Positions 25,201 through 37,200 of a stretch of DNA of 64,000 nt are shown one piece after another (the stretch's first letter is position 1; every line of letters starts with the position of its first letter). The position numbers were made by a program, and so were the translations under genes. The notes beneath the pieces were generated by a model. That model saw only the letters and a program-made list of their open reading frames with translations, was not told the DNA's origin and did no database searches. The stretch covers positions 32,798,001 through 32,862,000 of the forward strand of contig OZ038378.1 of assembly GCA_964036045.1 (NCBI GenBank), read 5' to 3'. The DNA comes from Eutreptiella sp. 'Long Island Sound 2002' (taxonomy: Eukaryota > Protista > Euglenida).

Positions 25201-28200
25201 GGTGATGCACAGGAAGTCACAACACAGCTGGAATTACTGACGCAGATTCCAGACTGCAATCATTGGGCTAGGAGGGTTGCGACATTTGCAGTGGATGGGG
25301 CTTCCAATCTAGGGGTGCGTGGCGTTGCTGCACAACAATCGGTTGATGTGTCCACCATTGCGAACAATATGGTTGCCCTTTTTGGCATATGCTTGGTGCT
25401 GACGACACCCCTGGGTAAGCAATGCCATATGATTGTAGCAACGGCCTTCTCCACTATCCACCGCCGAGAAGCATGGTGTCCCAGTGCAAAAGTCAAGGAG
25501 CAATCAAGAAGAATGCGCTCAACTATGGCACAGATGGAGGTGCACATTTGCAACCAAATGCAATTTCAACCAAACATGACAGAATGGTTGCCTCCGCATC
25601 AGTCCCTAGCACACCAATGTCCATCGCCTTCCCCTTGATGACCACAATATTCCTTCCCCCAAACATGGTTGTTGTAGCCGTGGGGCACAACACAAGGTAC
25701 CGTTCGGCACAATGTTGCCGTAAGATCTCCTCAACCAAACGGTGCTGGTGCCCAAGCCTATACTCATTCTTGGCTGTTGATGTTGTACCACGGGACAAAC
25801 GCGAGTGGCTCTCCAATACTTCCCTTGGCCATGTGATTTGGCTAGAGGTCGTCATGTGCATGCTAATGGCGTATGTTCCCTACACTAAGCCACCATTGAC
25901 ATTTAGGGGACATGCCATCTAAGGAATGATGGTAATAGCAGCCCATGCACAACACAGGCACTCAGCACCACCAAATGTTGTAAACCAAAACTGCTAGTGA
26001 GCATGCAGAAAAGGTTCTAGTGTCTTTGAAGCCCTATCAAGTTGCTAGGGGGCAGTTGGCATCAACATGGACAAAACAACCCTCCCTGTTGCAGCCAATA
26101 TAACAAATTGCACCCTGCCTTGTGCCACTAGGGCCTGTGAAAAGCCAGCTGCTGCAAGTCGTTCGTTGCATTGCTTCGCTTGTCGTGCTCTGAGATGCAT
26201 CAGTTGCGCCTCCACACACATCTACAGGTGTGTTGCCACTCGCACTTTGCGCTGCAACAGGTTTGCAACAGCCCCAACAAAATCCGATGGTGGCTTCGCC
26301 ATAGCAACAGCCATGGTATCAAGCAAGTCATTGCTAACATAAGGTGTCTACGCCAAGGCGGCCACAAAAGTGTCACTTGGCATGCTCTCGGCATGCGCAT
26401 TGACATCCTAGCCATATGCTGCTGGTGTGGCTTGTGTTTGTCAAGCAGAGGCAAGAGCACCTAGTGGGAAGGCCATGGCTGGCCCACACGTACCTTAGCA
26501 TGATCCCGCCACCACTTTTGACATCAAGGCCCGAAGCCCTTGTTCTCTCGGAACCAAAGTGTGACATGCCTGGTACCTAGAGATAAGTTGGGCTCTGCTT
26601 GAACCGCACAATGGCTACTGTTTGGAAATTTGGGAGGGGTCCACCTTCACCCTCATGTCGTCACACAGCCACCACTTGTATCAAAACAGAATGTACGCCA
26701 CAAAATGACACTCATTGTTCGTTCGCCCACTGTGCATCACCATGGCATGCAAAGACCGTTGCCGGCCGAAAATATTCACAAACTCGTGATCAAAAACCAA
26801 CTTGTATTCTTGTTGATTGTGGACATGTAGGCCGGAAACTTCTTGAACATAAGGATGTTTGCAATAGTGCCTCTAACATGTCCCCCGGACCGTCACAAGG
26901 GGGGGGAGGGGGGGGTTACAACCCGAGCAGAACAATCGACCCTTCAACCCCTCTTTGATGCGCTTTTGCACACCCTAGCCATGATGTGTGATATGCAACA
27001 CATGCGATGCCATACCCATTCCCTCCCACATCCCATAGCACTTTGCCATTACACTTTGCACACCATTGCCACAACTACCCATATGAAAGGCAACATGCCA
27101 AATGCACCAAACCATCAGTTGTTACCTTTGCCACCATGCGTTTCCAAAACTCTCCAACTTCGGATTGCTCAGGCCATTGGGATTTCATTGTTGGCGGTTT
27201 GCACTTGCAATGGCCAGCACACCGGCATACTACCACAGCCATGCGATCCTCCTCGGCCAACCGCTCCATAACACCTTGTGGATTGTACACACGGCTTCCC
27301 TTATGGGCCATCCGCTCCTCCCACAATGTACCCCATATACCCACATCATCAAGGCAATGTGGATGTTGTGCTCCATGTCCGCCATATGCCACAAGTGAGC
27401 ATTGCAATGTCATGCCACGCAAACACAAGTTGTGCCCACGGGTACCCTAGTGGCCTAGATTAAATCCAATATGGTTAATTTTTAATATTTCATATATGAG
27501 CTCATTCATATATGAACCTGCGAGACACTGAGAGGTTAACTCGCTTTCCCATCATTTTGCCACATTTATGTCCTTCTTTTTCTCTCTATATCACAATGTC
27601 TAAGGGTTCTTATGGGGTACATTAATTGCTGCACAACGGGAGAGTAGAGGGGTCCCAAGGGTATGTGGTTGGGTACCCCGCACACACCCGACTTTCCATG
27701 CCCACTATGCACCTCACTCATATCGCCCTTTCCCGTTGTGTAGCTCTTGTGATGCCTTTCTCTAGGGACACACTTACCGAGTTTAGCATGACCCTTACAC
27801 GGCTAAGTGGCGCCAAGAGTTTGCGCAACCCATTGGTTGCGGAACTCCTCGGCGTGTGGGCGGCTTCATCCCCTTTGGCCAAGCCGCGATCGTCGGCGGC
27901 CATGGAGATCCGCTACCCCGCCCTTAATCGTAGTAAGCCATCGGAGGCGCGGTGATACAATACGCCTCCTTCCTCTTTCCCGCGCCTGACCTACTCGGGC
28001 TCCTCGGGCACTCGAAGGTCCCAAAGGTTGGTTTCCGGGCCGTGTCAGAGTACATGCCCCGCCAAGGGGTTGCATACACGGCCGCAACAGGCTATCCGTT
28101 CCCCCAGCCCACCCCCTCACACAACCAATTCTCAGACACATGGAACGAGATGGCTAAGCCCCTTGAGTGGAGGCCTCCCGTGTCAATTGCGGATGCCCCC

Positions 28201-31200
28201 GCGAGTGGCCGCTCATGGCCGCTTCAATCTTGGGCGCGCTACGTCCAATCCCTCTCACACTCCTCGTGCGCGGGGATGTGTACCCATGTGCCGGTTGTAG
28301 TTGGACCCAACTCTCCGTTGGGCCCCGCAACCATGGAACACGGGGCCGCTCACCCGCGTACTTGTGGGTGATTGGGATGGCCGTGTGGGGAGACAAGGAC
28401 ATGGCCGCCCTTGCAACGATTTGGGCCGGGAACCTGCAAGTTTGTGGCCCATTCGTTGTTCGTTAATTTTTGTGTTCATATCTACGCGTTGACATCTACA
28501 TTTTCATTAATACTAACTCAGTTTGTAGATTAAAACTTAATATTAACCCGCATATATTAATTGCAAATATTGGCCCACTTTTGTTCTTAGATTTTGCAAT
28601 CGATCCACGATTGCAAAATGATCTATTGGGCAACCCAGAGGGTGGCAAGCGAGCGGGTCATTGGGGGAGACCTGCCCTTCGTTCGACGCCTCAGTGGCGT
28701 CTCCGTATCGCCCATGGTGGGCTCTATTTACAACATGGGTGTGTGGGACAAGGGTGCGGCGGCATGGGCGAACACCGCCACGCGGCATACATTGCGGGAG
28801 GAGGGAGGCGCCCGTGTGCGCTACAAAGAGACGGGCCGTAGCTTGGACAATGGGGGATGCATAGGAGACCCACACATTGTGGTTGACCGATATTTGGTCT
28901 TCCTATGCATCCTCAATTGTTGCATGGCCATGGGACACCTCCAAGTGGCCTTCATTGACCCCCGCCTTGAGGCCCTCCCGAAGGACACCACCGAGGCCGT
29001 GCAATGGATCCTCTACCGCGCCCGTACAGGCGTCAAGTTGGGCTCGGCGGCTACGCCCAACGGTGAGCAGTCCCGGGCGTTGTTCCTCGCGTGGGAGGAG
29101 CTTGGGCCCCTATTGGCCTACGCCCTGGAGGATGGTGAGTGGCAAGCCGTGGTTGCCATGCAGGACCTCCTCCGGGAGTTGTACTCCCACAAGCCCCCCA
29201 CGGCGGACCTTCGTGCCACGGATGTTGCGGCCGTATACCACGCCCATTGTTGCAAGGCCGGGTGCCAATCCAACTACCTCCTTTACTTGGACGAGGATGT
29301 CACCACAACCGTGGCCAATGCGGCACGGTTGGGGGTGGGATTGGGCGCGGTGTGCACCGATGTCGTTCATAGCCTCAACGCCATCTACAAGCGCGTCTAC
29401 AAGGACCACACTGCACGGGGGGGGGGGGATGCCGTGTGCCTCACCCTTGCAACGCAAGGCCGAGGTGGTCTTGCAACGCAAGGCCGAGGTTGTATTGCAA
29501 GCGTGGGAGTGGTGGCTCTTGAAATTCGACCTGCAACTCCACACACATGGGGCACCCGATAGTGCTCGGTGTACAATGGCCAAGATCATGGCCACCAGAA
29601 GCCCACCCCCCTCTACTCTTCTCCTTTCCCCCCCTCCAGCACCTTTGTCACCCTACCATGGCCATATCATCGGACGACATAAAGGCGCTGATGGACACCT
29701 TGATGTCTATGATGGCCGAGAACAAGGCAAAAATGGTATGCTTGCTTGCAATTGCTTGTTTGCGACTCGGAGTTAATATTTGCGGCGGTGTTTTAATAGC
29801 TGCGAGTTAATATGACAGTTCGGTGTCTTAACATTTCATATATGACTTCATATTTGCATTCCAAATATTACCCCATAGATATTAATATAAATATTGAAGA
29901 AAAAAATTAAACATCTCAGTGTCTCCGTTTTTAGACCCCCGCAACGTGGAGTTCACAACGGGCCATTACCTTGTGCTGCTGCAGCACTGGTCCTGCTTGG
30001 GATGGGTGCACCTGTGGCGCGTGGGCAAGGCCTGCATGTGGACCCGATAGTGGGGGAAAATCGCCGCCCACCCGACCCCCGTCTACAACCCGCGCCACGA
30101 GCGGTCGTACGAGGGGGACATAGGGACGCACGGTACGGGGCCGTCGGTGACGAGGCCGATGAAGCCGAGTAAAGCCCTGGCCACCTCGAGTCCATCAACA
30201 CCGTTGGGGGTCGCCGAGGCTGCGGAGCCACTTGAGGCTCCCTCGGCGACCACCAACTTCCGCGGCGCTATGGCTGCAGTTCAAGCTTTGGGCAACACAT
30301 CGATGCGCGAGGTATGTGCCCACCTAGTTAGTAAGTTAATATCTAGGACGTCGTAGTTAATATCTGTGAGTAAATTTTTAATCTTTGCGCCGGCGGTCCA
30401 CATATTCAAATCTAAATTAATATACGAACTCGAAATACTAATTTCGTCGCCGTAAAGAATGATTTGCATCTATCTTTTGTTTGTGTGTTTTTGCAAGTGT
30501 CTGATGTCACCACGAATGCCTGCCATGCCCCCCCCCCCCCCCCCCAGGTACGTATCACTTGGCGGTAGGGCTCACAAGAGATACCCCCTAGGGGCCGTCC
30601 ATGGCATCGTGGCCAAGGTCCCAAGCCTAGGCCATCCGTGCCCCGCTGCCTGCGAGAGTGGGAGGCAAGCCGCGTGGCAGCCGACGTGTGGTACACGTTG
30701 AAGGGTTATCGGCCCAGCTAGTGGGCCAAAATGTCAGAGGGAGGGTATATCGAGGGGCTCGATGGCGACCGGTGGGCGGAAATGGGAAGGGTGGGCAGAG
30801 GAAGAGGAGGGGGAGGGAAGTCCACCGCCCCGTCCACAGTGACACCCCCCCCCCCCCACGCCACCACCAACCCCAAACCCCAGCCCCCCTCACAAGACCA
30901 CCTGCAAACCCAAAACCCCAGCCGCCCCCCCCAGAAGACCAACCATAGGGTTTATTTCGAATCGTCCGAGGACTCAAGTGACGGCGCCATCTCACGGGGT
31001 GGCACCAAAAAGCAAAAAACCCACCACTCCACACCAAAGAAAAAAGCCATCCCAGCCCCTAAGAGCACACACACCCTCAAGCCCCTCCCGCCAAACCCAT
31101 CTCCCCAACGCCCCCGGTGGGCGACGCTCCCAAGGACCCAATCACCGGGACCTTCGCCCACGTCCCCTACCCTGGGGGGGGGGGGGATCGGCATCGTTCG

Positions 31201-34200
31201 CGGCGTCCGTCGCACCAAGGGTGGTGTTGTCTGGGTGGAATACCTAGGCAACACCACCCTTTACGAGGTGGCCCGCAGCCTCCTCTGCCCCTCCTCCGAA
31301 GAAGCCGAAACCTATCGGCGAGAAGTGGTGGAGGGGAAGAAGAAGGCAAAGACTCCCACTAACCCTTCGAACCCCAAGACTCACCCCCCCTCTAACCAAC
31401 CCCAACCAATTCCCACCGAACCCCCTGACCCCGTAGACAAAGAGAACAACGAGAACAAAGAACAAGAGGGGGGTGACCCCGCAAAAGGGTCGCACGAACC
31501 GTAAGGGCCCGGAGACGGACCCATCCAACCAGCATGGCCATAAGCAAGACAAGAAACGGAAAGAAAGGGATGCGGTATGTGTTCTTGTGTGTTTTTGTGC
31601 ATTCGTAGGGCAGGTTAATATTTGGCTTAATATCCTTGAGTTAATATTAAGCCGGCGCTTTTCTAACATTTAATATGTGACATATTAATTGCAAATACTA
31701 AAGCAAATATGAACTCCGAGTACCATTTTAACATTTTTGTAGATTTACATTGGAAGAACCCCCCGCCCCAACTGCACGTGGAAAATGCCATCAAACGCGC
31801 AGGGCACCCCATAGGGCTAAAGCTTTGCCGAGGTATCACCCATACCCCTTGTATAAGCGCAGGAAAGTGAGTTAACCTTTTAACTTTTCCCCTGGATATC
31901 AAAAATATTGGATTTTCCTAGCCCTTGCAGACATTGAAATTTGCCACCTCGCCACGAGAAGCGTAAATAGCCGGATTCAACACTGGTCTCACAAGCAGTT
32001 GGCGATTTGCTTCAAGACCTCAACGATCGCTGACCCACAGACCTGCCTTCAACGGGGTGGGAAGCGGTGGCCATGCCGTGTTGTCGCCGCACTCCCCTCT
32101 CTGCTGGCATGCACAAAAATTTGCCACACGGGTGTTGAACTACTTCGCGAGGCGAGCCACTACAACCATAGTGCCTCCGTGCCCAAGAGCGATAGAGGAG
32201 AGGACGTTACACTAGGATGTAGCGGTACACCAAGTCACAGTGATGTGGCACCACATAAAAAAGCATCCAATGGCTTCATGCACTTTGCACAGTCCCGTAC
32301 TGCCAAATTGGTAATATGAGGGTTGAAATCGGTCAATGCTCGATCAAGACTCTGTAAAGATTGCGAGCTGGGACTTCCAAAGGGATTCCCCAATGGCCCC
32401 CAAAGAATTCGTTGCAGAATGCCATGCCGAAATATGGCCTCATGTTGCACAGGTGGGATGGAAGGCCACCCCACAGTTGAAGGGACACATGGAAGCCTGC
32501 AATTTGGATGATCCATTGCTAGAGTGTTCGACAATAACAACTGATGGTCTTTGCGCTTGCCCGGCCAGACACGGTCGAGGAGTATGTGCACTACGAGGCT
32601 CCCATACCGCAACGTGACACTCAAGTGGAAGGATCGGGACCTGAAAGTGGAAGTTCGAATGGTCCTAAGGCTCAAGAGCATCCCCAGTTGACACCATTGT
32701 GAGACTGTGGGTGACAAGCTGGGGCTCGGACTACAACCTTAGGAGGCCTTCATTGCCCGGGGGGTAGGTGTGGGGGTCTGCGAAATGAAGGCCATTCATG
32801 GGGTAACAAAAAAAGACGAATTACTGCCCCCCAATTGCACACAGAGCACAACGAGTGAGGTCTTTGAGTAAAATCATGCCTCTTTTCGTCCACTTTGCCC
32901 TTTTTGCCTGCGATTGAGCACACTTGTAAACCATCCGGAACAGGAATCCAAATTCAAGAAAAAATAGCACTGAAAGACAAATTGTATTCTCCATTGAAGG
33001 ATTTCCGTGGCGTACAAGTGACACGCCGTGAAACAGTGCAATGATGCATGGTGAAACGGACCCCCTTTTTCAATGAATCGCAATGAGACGCGAAATTCTA
33101 GGCAATTGTAGGCAAAATCTAGGAGAATGAGGTACAATTTTTTGTCAGTCCATTGGCTCCTTGCCACAGTGTCAGATTGATACATAACATCAGAACAATA
33201 CGATTCCAACCATAAGGAAGTGTTTATAATCAATGAATACACTAACATACATCACAAAAGCTACCAAATAATGCTTACAAAACGCAGGTCAATGTGCCAT
33301 CACCGAGTATGAATAACGAAACAAACAAAGTTAGAAATAGAATAAAATTCAAGTCAAGTGCTCAGAGGATGGTGGTTCTGCTGTCACCAATGTCTCATCA
33401 TAGCAGTTATTCCCAAAACACCGTCTTTGTTTGTGCCCCAAACGACTTCCTTTCGAGGTTTGCTGTTGTGGCCGGGCTGGTGGTGAGGGCCCAGCACTCA
33501 CCAAATTTGCAAAGTTCTGCAATCCCTCTCGTGATCGTGACTGTCCTTTCAGCTCCAACGTTGGACTCCTATTTCCTCGGTGTGGTGTGACCAACTGTTG
33601 ACTCTCTTGTTGTGTCTGTTTCTCATCACCATGCGCCGCCAGCGCCTCATTAGACGGTGATAGAGCTCTTTTCGTAGGTGAATGCTTGAGGTTCGGTACT
33701 GCCACTTGCATTGACACCATCAGGACTGCGGGCAGCCCCCTCCTTCAGCTTTTGCTTAGCAGACTTAGTCTTTGGCTTTGCCTTGGGCTTTGCATCCACG
33801 TCCACCATAGTACCCATGCAGATCTGTTCGTCAGGGTCATCATGTACATGGCCATTGAAGACCTGTCAACAGGCACACCCTAATCCACCTGCGGCAATAC
33901 AAATTCCCAGTAGATTGGGACCAGAGAGTCAGCTTCGCTCAATGTACCGGTTGTGAGCTCAATAGTTTCTCTTGGTAGTTCATCAACCGCAGTTTTGAGC
34001 AAACCCAATACAACAGATGTTTTAGACTTCAAACAAATGTGCAATGAACAACTGGTTTTGGGATTGAGACCCCACTAGCACCCAGTTTGTAAGATTCATT
34101 GGGGCTTTCAAAATATCCCGCACCCATTCAATAGCCTCACGACACAGGATACTGGGCAACCCGCCTTCACTGAACGTGACGTACATCGGCAGCTAAACAA

Positions 34201-37200
34201 GTGGTACACATTAGACAAAATACCGGGAGTGGCGGAACTTCGCATATTTGAGATTCCGGTGTTTTCGGGGTATCATTTACACGGGGCGATGTACCGTTCT
34301 TGGAATCGGAGTCCAGCGTGATGATTGTCATCACTAATTGCAGCATAGTGAAATCGGGGCCACGGTTCCCAAAGGCCATGTTATTCACTCCTGTTCCTCT
34401 TTTGCCCTCTCCTTGACCCCGTGGATGGGCTCCCAACACATCTTAGCCCAACATCCAATCCATACATGTTGAGCAAATGCCGAATGCCCCTGAGGAGACA
34501 CGCGGATTCTTCACCGACCACCCACGAAAAATGTTTTGGATGTGCACTTTGTAGGCCCAGTTCCTCCTCTCGGTCAGCACAGAACTAAAAAAAAGACATT
34601 GTGCGGTACTTCCGCACAAACCACCCACTATGGCACACGGTCCAATGCACCCATACCGTTGCCTTCCACCCCATCAACTTCCAACGATCCCCCAACTTTT
34701 TGGCCCACCTGTTGGCTTCCTCAACCTCAATAACCGAAAGGTAGGCCTTTTTCCTCCACAATGTGTGAAGGTGGGTCAGGGTACGCCAAATGGTGTGCAC
34801 TGCAGTATACACCTTTATTGCCCCATTCGGGGCCCTAGTGTTGGGGTGGTATTCCTTGAGGAGGTCAACTACCCTATGTTGGTATTGTGTGTCATCTAGA
34901 AACACACGTGCGGAGGTTAGGTCAAAGGCGTCCTTCTTTGTCGGACGCAAGCCCACGCGGTCCGCTTGAGGGATGTTTTGTGAGGCTTGCATCAAGTCGC
35001 GCCACACGTCCTTTAGGCGGCCAATCACCCCCCGACCATGTCCTTCTTGCACACAAGAGGAGACATCTTGTTGCAACCTCTTGTGGGTTGCATTGCAAAG
35101 ACGGGCGGTTGCATAGGCATAGTCCCCAACACGCCAGGGGGGCACGATGGCCCGGAGGAAGGACCCCCACCTCACTTGTTCATTAACCCCCTCTACCGCT
35201 TCCAAGCTGTCATGGTCGTCACACGACCAAAACTTTCCGTCCAAGGGGGGTAGTTCATGACCTGCATGCCCTTGCCGTCGCTCGTCATGCCCACCTCATA
35301 CCCCAAAACCGCGCCATCCTCCAAGGGCACATTGCAGTTTGACTGCAAATGTTCAATTTGGGCGTTAAGCCCTGCCTCGGCATCCATTGCACATAGACGA
35401 CCATGGCCGTCACTTCCGTCCGTGACAAACCACGTTACCCAATTGTCTGGGTTCCCCGCAATCGATGGGCCACCGGGCCAAACCCGAACAAACACGGAGC
35501 AGCGGGTGGCAACGGCCCACCACAACGGCGTGGCGTCCGCGCATACCAACACGGGGATCTTGTTCGTGCCCCCTGGGGGGGCGAACACCCCTTGTTCTTG
35601 TGCAAGGTGCTCTTGTTCACCTACAAGATGCGCCAAAGACACCCCAGCTGCCGCACCCTTCTTGCCCCAGTGTCCCCGCACACTCACGGCCACGGCATCG
35701 TACGGCGTTAGCGCACGCCTTGCCTCATACAACTCATCACGAGTGCACCTACGAGGCAACCGCAATGTCTTTCGCATGGACAGTTGCATTGCGCGAGCAC
35801 GGCGCAACACATCAACGGCATATCCATTGACGTCTGCAGCCGCTGCCGTCACCTCCCCTGCATTGTCCATAGGGCCACCCACCAGCGAAACCACACCGGT
35901 GGCATCGCGCCGAAAAGACACCTCCCAATCTTGGAGGATTGCACGCACCATGCACTGCGCCACTGCCAAGCGCTCACGTTGCTCGTCTGGCCCAAGGTCA
36001 AAGTAGGGCTTGCGCACCATTTTGGCAGCTATAGCCTCAAAGGAAGCCACCATGTGGTCCATCTAGAAAACATAGACACATGGTGTCTAAACAAGAAGTG
36101 CCCGGGAACCTCCTTCCGGGAACCCCTGTCTGGTTAGGAACCCTACCGGAAACTCCCTTTCGGGAACCCCTTTTTGATTAGGAACCCCTTCCCAGATTGA
36201 CTTCTCGGGTAACTTTCGGATCAGGAGCACCTTCTCAGATTGACTTCTCCTATACCTTTCTGATTTGAGGCCATGCGCTATTTTTCAAGGGGACTTCTGC
36301 GTTTTCAGACATTTGCATGCGACACGTGTACACGGGGGGGGGGGGGTGGCCATCCCCCGCAAGAGAGGGGGAGTGGCACACCCCCCCGCGCGCGGACAGA
36401 CTCACGCAAACAAACAAGCACAGCCGATCTCCACTTCATGTCGTACTCAACCTCCGGTTCATGTCAATTTTCGGGCACACTTTGCGCAAAGCCTCCCCAG
36501 AGCCAAACAAACAGACGGTGAAAGCCTGTCGCAGCAAGCTTACTGCAAGCCTAGCAACGTTGCGCACAATATCCATATGGGGGTATATATGGCCGCACTT
36601 GTGCGCGCACTTAGCTGCCGCGCACCGTGTGCTCAACGCCTACCTAGTGACGCACAAGCATGATTCCCGTCACCACAACCCGTGACTTCCGCGCACCCCC
36701 TTTCCATGAATCACGACATGCAAACGTGTATACCGCTGCTGCACTGCGCATCACCGTTTTCGTGTTCGCTCTGTTGGGGGGGGGGGGGTTGGCTGGAGAC
36801 TTCATGCAAGTTATGCCGTTGATTCGCTGACCCTTGGATGTTGGTGAGGGGATCATGTTCTGCGTCTCGCGTGGGCTGTCACCACCAAGACGGTCTACCA
36901 ATTGCCAAAGCCGGGTTGCGTCGGCTAGAGCCCGCTCGCGCACCTGCACTGCATTGTCACGTTGCGATCGCAGCCGTGTGTTTTCCTCCGTGAGCCGCAC
37001 CACAGCCATCGGAGAGCCTGCCGTCTCCGCCTTTGCCTGAACCGCGGCTTCTTGCAATACACCCACGCTGCTCTGCAATTGGTCAACCTGTTGCTGGAGG
37101 CCAACCTTTCTCCTTGCCAAGGCACGAAATTTGGGCCTCTTGGGACCCTGGCTTTGGCTTCACGCCTTGCTGGACAGCCGCCCTTGCAGCAGAGGACACT

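Larger units (their letters stand above)
27459..31916 (+). mobile_element. ~4.5-kb DNA transposon (element 1) with RAG1/Transib-like transposase and a second spliced gene
   Basis: Inverted end boxes AAATCCAATAT (27462-27472 / 31905-31915) and AGGTTAACTC[G/A]CTTTCC (27533-27549 / 31862-31878); flanking CCTAG direct repeat (27454-27458, 31917-31921); internal ORFs listed separately. Confidence 0.62.

Noticed and set aside
30836-33172. CACAGTG heptamers (30836, 32237, 33165) as RSS-like signals
   Set aside because: They are internal, have no nonamer at 12/23 bp, and are expected by chance.
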